DNA from: Candidatus Bathyarchaeia archaeon
GTDB taxonomy: Archaea; Thermoproteota; Bathyarchaeia; Bathyarchaeales; Bathycorpusculaceae
DNA: 64,000 nt
Assembly (NCBI GenBank): GCA_038727135.1
Contig: JAVYWL010000001.1
Coordinates: 608,001 to 672,000 of the forward strand
Direction of reading: 5' to 3'
In this document: positions 60,641 through 64,000 of the stretch, piece by piece
Layout: each line of letters opens with the position of its first letter
How positions within the stretch are numbered: the stretch's first letter is position 1
Notes under the pieces: model-generated
What the model was told of the DNA's origin: nothing
Databases searched by the model: none
The model's input: the letters and a program-made list of their open reading frames with translations, nothing else
Program-made: the position numbers and the translations under genes

Positions 60641-62506
60641 ATGAGAATACTGCAACTGCACTCCAACTATATCGAGTATAAGCCCATCCAGAAAGAAATC
60701 GCCATAGCTGAAGAAACAGACAAGGAAATAAAACGCTTAGAAGAAATCATCGTTTTGTTCACGGCAGTAGAAGAAGGTGACGACGAAACAGTAGCAAAAA
60801 AAGCCATCGAAGAGGTTAAATCCTTCCTTGAAAAACTGAAAGTAAACCGCATTCTAATATATCCCTATGCTCACCTCAGCAGCAACCTCGCAAAACCATC
60901 AGAGGCGCTAAAAGTTGTAAGGGCTATGGAGGCTTATGCAAAAGCCGAGGGCATAGAAACATATCGTGCACCTTTTGGCTGGAACAAGCAATTCACAATA
61001 TCAATAAAAGGGCATCCTTTAGCAGAGCAGTCCCGCGTTATAATGCCAGCGAAGGAGGAAAAGGAAGCCGAAAAAGTTTCAGAGGCGCTAAAAGCCGAAG
61101 AAAAACTAGAGTCCTTCTGGTACATTCTCCAGCCTGACGGTAAAATGGTTCCGGTGGAAGAGTTTGACTTCCGTGAACACGAGAACCTTGAAAAGTTTGC
61201 TAAATATGAAATTTCAAAGGTTAGGGCTAGCCAACAGATGCCACCTCACGTGCCGCTTATGAAGAGGCTTGAAATAGCCGACTACGAAGCTGGAAGCGAC
61301 CCTGGAAATATCCGCTGGTACCCAAAAGGCAGGCTCATAAAATCACTCATAGAACAGTACGTGACAGCCAAGGTTATAGAATACGGAGCGATGGAAGTTG
61401 AAACCCCCGTAATGTATGACTTCAGCCATCCAAGCCTAGCCGACTACCTAAACCGTTTTCCAGCGAGACAGTACCTCCTAAAATCAGAGGATAAAGAGCT
61501 CTTCCTACGGTTCGCCGCCTGTTTTGGTCAGTTCCTGATGGTTCACGACACACAGTTTTCCTACAAACATATGCCCCTAAAAGTCTACGAGCTAACCCGC
61601 TACAGCTTCAGAAGAGAAAAAAGCGGCGAAGTTGTAGGTTTGAGAAGGCTTAGGGCTTTCACAATGCCAGACTGCCACGCCTTCTGCACAGACCTAGAAC
61701 AAGCCAAAAAAGAGTTTGTCACAAGATTTAAACTCTGCATGGAAGTGCTGGAGGGCATAGGCTTATCAAAAGAAGATTACGAGGCGGCAATCCGATTCAC
61801 AAAAGACTTCTACGAAGAAAACAAAGACTTCATCGTAGACTTAGCAAAAATCTTCGGCAAGCCAGTCCTTGTTGAAATGTGGAAGGAACCCTTTTTCTAT
61901 TTTAGGCTAAAATGGGACTTCAACTTCGTCGACAACCAAGACAAAGCTGCAGCGCTGTCAACGGACCAGATAGACGTTGAAAACGCAAAAAGATACGACA
62001 TAACCTATGTGGATGAAAAGGGCCAAAGGCATCATCCGCTCATATTGCACTGTTCTCCAAGCGGCGCCGTGGAGCGCTGCATATACGCACTTTTAGAAAA
62101 AGCCTACAAACAACAACAAAAGGGCGAACCGCCAATGCTCCCAGTCTGGCTTTCACCAACACAGGTGCGCATAATCCCAATGTCAGACAAATACATCGAG
62201 CACTGCGAAAAACTAGCTGAAAAACTTGAAGCTAACCAAATCCGAGTAGACATAGACGACAGACCCTTAACACTGCAAAAACGCGTCAGAGAAGCCGAAA
62301 TGGAATGGATACCATACATAATAGTTGCGGGACAAAAGGAAATAGAGTCGGAAGTGCTCCCAGTCAGAGATAGAAAGGCTAAGCAAATACGCAAAATGAA
62401 GCTTGAAGAACTCATAAGTGAAATTAAAAGCCACGTGCAAGACAAACCCTTCAAGCCTCTGCCCCTGCCAAAACACGTCTCAAAAAGACCACAATTCTAC
62501 GGCTAA
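60641..62506 (+). CDS. thrS: Threonine--tRNA ligase (archaeal type)
   Basis: YPYAHLSS editing domain, LRFAACFG, FTMPDCH, LHCSPSG. Confidence 0.97.
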   Translation: MRILQLHSNYIEYKPIQKEIAIAEETDKEIKRLEEIIVLFTAVEEGDDETVAKKAIEEVKSFLEKLKVNRILIYPYAHLSSNLAKPSEALKVVRAMEAYAKAEGIETYRAPFGWNKQFTISIKGHPLAEQSRVIMPAKEEKEAEKVSEALKAEEKLESFWYILQPDGKMVPVEEFDFREHENLEKFAKYEISKVRASQQMPPHVPLMKRLEIADYEAGSDPGNIRWYPKGRLIKSLIEQYVTAKVIEYGAMEVETPVMYDFSHPSLADYLNRFPARQYLLKSEDKELFLRFAACFGQFLMVHDTQFSYKHMPLKVYELTRYSFRREKSGEVVGLRRLRAFTMPDCHAFCTDLEQAKKEFVTRFKLCMEVLEGIGLSKEDYEAAIRFTKDFYEENKDFIVDLAKIFGKPVLVEMWKEPFFYFRLKWDFNFVDNQDKAAALSTDQIDVENAKRYDITYVDEKGQRHHPLILHCSPSGAVERCIYALLEKAYKQQQKGEPPMLPVWLSPTQVRIIPMSDKYIEHCEKLAEKLEANQIRVDIDDRPLTLQKRVREAEMEWIPYIIVAGQKEIESEVLPVRDRKAKQIRKMKLEELISEIKSHVQDKPFKPLPLPKHVSKRPQFYG

Positions 62507-62590
62507 AGAACAATGGAAGTCAACCGGGACTGCCAAAACACATATCAACCCTAAGTAGAAAATTTCTGTTCTCCGAGAAGGGGAATCAGA

Positions 62591-63481
62591 TTGGATAAAG
62601 AGCTACTTGTGTATATAGATGGTGAATACTACCCAAAATCGCAAGCTAAAATTTCAGTTTACGATCATGGACTCTTGTACGGCGACGGGGTCTTCGAAGG
62701 AATCCGCGCCTATAACGGCGTGGTATTCAAACTAAAAGAACATATTGACAGGCTTTACCGTTCAGCCCACGCCATAATGCTACAAATCCCAATAACAAAG
62801 GAGGAGATGACAAACATAGTTCTGGAAACCCTCCGCAAAAACAACCTAAAAGACGCCTACATACGCCTAGTGGTAACAAGAGGCGTGGGCGACCTTGGAC
62901 TAGACCCGAGAAAATGCTCAAAACCAACAATAATCGTGATAACGGACACAATTGCGCTCCACAAGAGCGAGGCAAAAGAAAAGGGCATAACAGCAATGCT
63001 AACATGGGTGAAAAGAGACCCCGTTGACGCAACAAGCCACGAAATAAAATCACTGAACTATCTAAACAGCATACTCGCCAAAATAGAGGCAAACATAAAC
63101 GGCGTAGACGAAGCAATATGCCTAGACAAAAACGGATTCGTATGCGAAGGCGTAGCAGAAAACATATTCATAGTAAAAAATGGGCGAATATACACACCGC
63201 CAAGCTACACCGGAGCCTTGCCCGGAATAACAGCCGAAACAGTAAAAGAACTGGCCAAAAGCCTCGGATATGAGGTGCTAGAAAAGAACATAACCCCCTA
63301 CGAACTCTTCACAGCAGACGAAGTATTCTTCACAGGAACAGCAGCAGAAATTATACCAGTTAGAGAGATTAACAAGAGACAGATAGGAAACGGTAAACCG
63401 GGTCCAATAACAAAGAGGCTCATGGAGGAGTTCTCAAAGCTAGTTCAAGACCCAAGGTATGGAACACCAATCTACCAGTAG
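62591..63481 (+). CDS. ilvE: Branched-chain amino acid aminotransferase
   Basis: [28 protein letters not shown]. Confidence 0.95.
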   Translation: MDKELLVYIDGEYYPKSQAKISVYDHGLLYGDGVFEGIRAYNGVVFKLKEHIDRLYRSAHAIMLQIPITKEEMTNIVLETLRKNNLKDAYIRLVVTRGVGDLGLDPRKCSKPTIIVITDTIALHKSEAKEKGITAMLTWVKRDPVDATSHEIKSLNYLNSILAKIEANINGVDEAICLDKNGFVCEGVAENIFIVKNGRIYTPPSYTGALPGITAETVKELAKSLGYEVLEKNITPYELFTADEVFFTGTAAEIIPVREINKRQIGNGKPGPITKRLMEEFSKLVQDPRYGTPIYQ

Positions 63482-63497
63482 TAGACTCTTAACGCTT

Positions 63498-64000
63498 TCA
63501 CTTACTCTTTTTCATGAAGCTTTCCAGCAGATTAAAGGCTTCTTCAAGGGTTTCAATGGGCGGCAAGAAAACACCCCTAACATGACCAGCACCATATGTC
63601 GGGCAGAAACCGGAACCATGCACAAACAGCACACCGGTTTCCTTTAAAAGCTCCAGCACAAAATCTAGGTCGGTTCTCCATCGTGAGCCAACACCATGAA
63701 TCTTTGGGAAGACATAAAAAGCTGCTTCCGGCATTGTGCAACTTATCCCATCAATTTCATTCAACCTTTTCCAGGCATAGTCCCTTCTAGTCTTAAGCTT
63801 AGAAACCATCTCATGAATATGATCCTGAGGACCCTTCAAAGCGGCTACGCCGGCCTTTTGCACTGGAGTGTTGGCACAAATCCTTATCCTAGCCTCCTTC
63901 TCAACGCATTCCTTTAACTCTTTAAGCTCGCCTCTTGGGCTGTAAAAGTATATGTAACCAAGCCTCCAACCAGTCATCAAATAAGCCTTTGAAAAGCCAT
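63498..64000 (-). CDS. Class I/II aminotransferase, 5' part outside window
   Basis: GFSKAYLMTGWRLGY, AAFYVFP, VHGSGF. Confidence 0.9.
   Translation of the reverse strand, partial: GFSKAYLMTGWRLGYIYFYSPRGELKELKECVEKEARIRICANTPVQKAGVAALKGPQDHIHEMVSKLKTRRDYAWKRLNEIDGISCTMPEAAFYVFPKIHGVGSRWRTDLDFVLELLKETGVLFVHGSGFCPTYGAGHVRGVFLPPIETLEEAFNLLESFMKKSK

Overview
Gene-dense archaeal chromosomal segment of about 65 CDS and one tRNA. S26e, an arcadin-1-like protein, TFE, NAC, thermosome and FEN1 point to a TACK archaeon, probably Bathyarchaeia (inference). Most of it is housekeeping: truD, pth2, cdc48, EF-1beta, fen, trpB2, glmS, split MetE, trm5, CBS trio, pyrF, guaAB, rtcA, FAU-1, pyrC, rpoK, thermosome, tfe, trm56, hflX, mbf1, nac, thrS and ilvE. 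It also holds a MoxR/VWA module, a glycosylation locus beside tRNA-Val(TAC) and one frameshifted nucleotidyltransferase. The main finding is that the protein-L-isoaspartate methyltransferase gene (pcm) is interrupted inside its conserved QT(I/V)SAPHM motif by a 32-nt insert (8808-8839, minus strand). The insert folds into a bulge-helix-bulge splicing motif, and cutting at the canonical positions restores the frame and the His codon, so it is a candidate tRNA-endonuclease-spliced mRNA intron outside cbf5. Secondary findings are an apparent ACG (non-canonical) start for hflX and possibly rpoK, and a GMP synthase B subunit with a duplicated C-terminal subdomain. All family calls come from motif recognition by eye; no searches were run.
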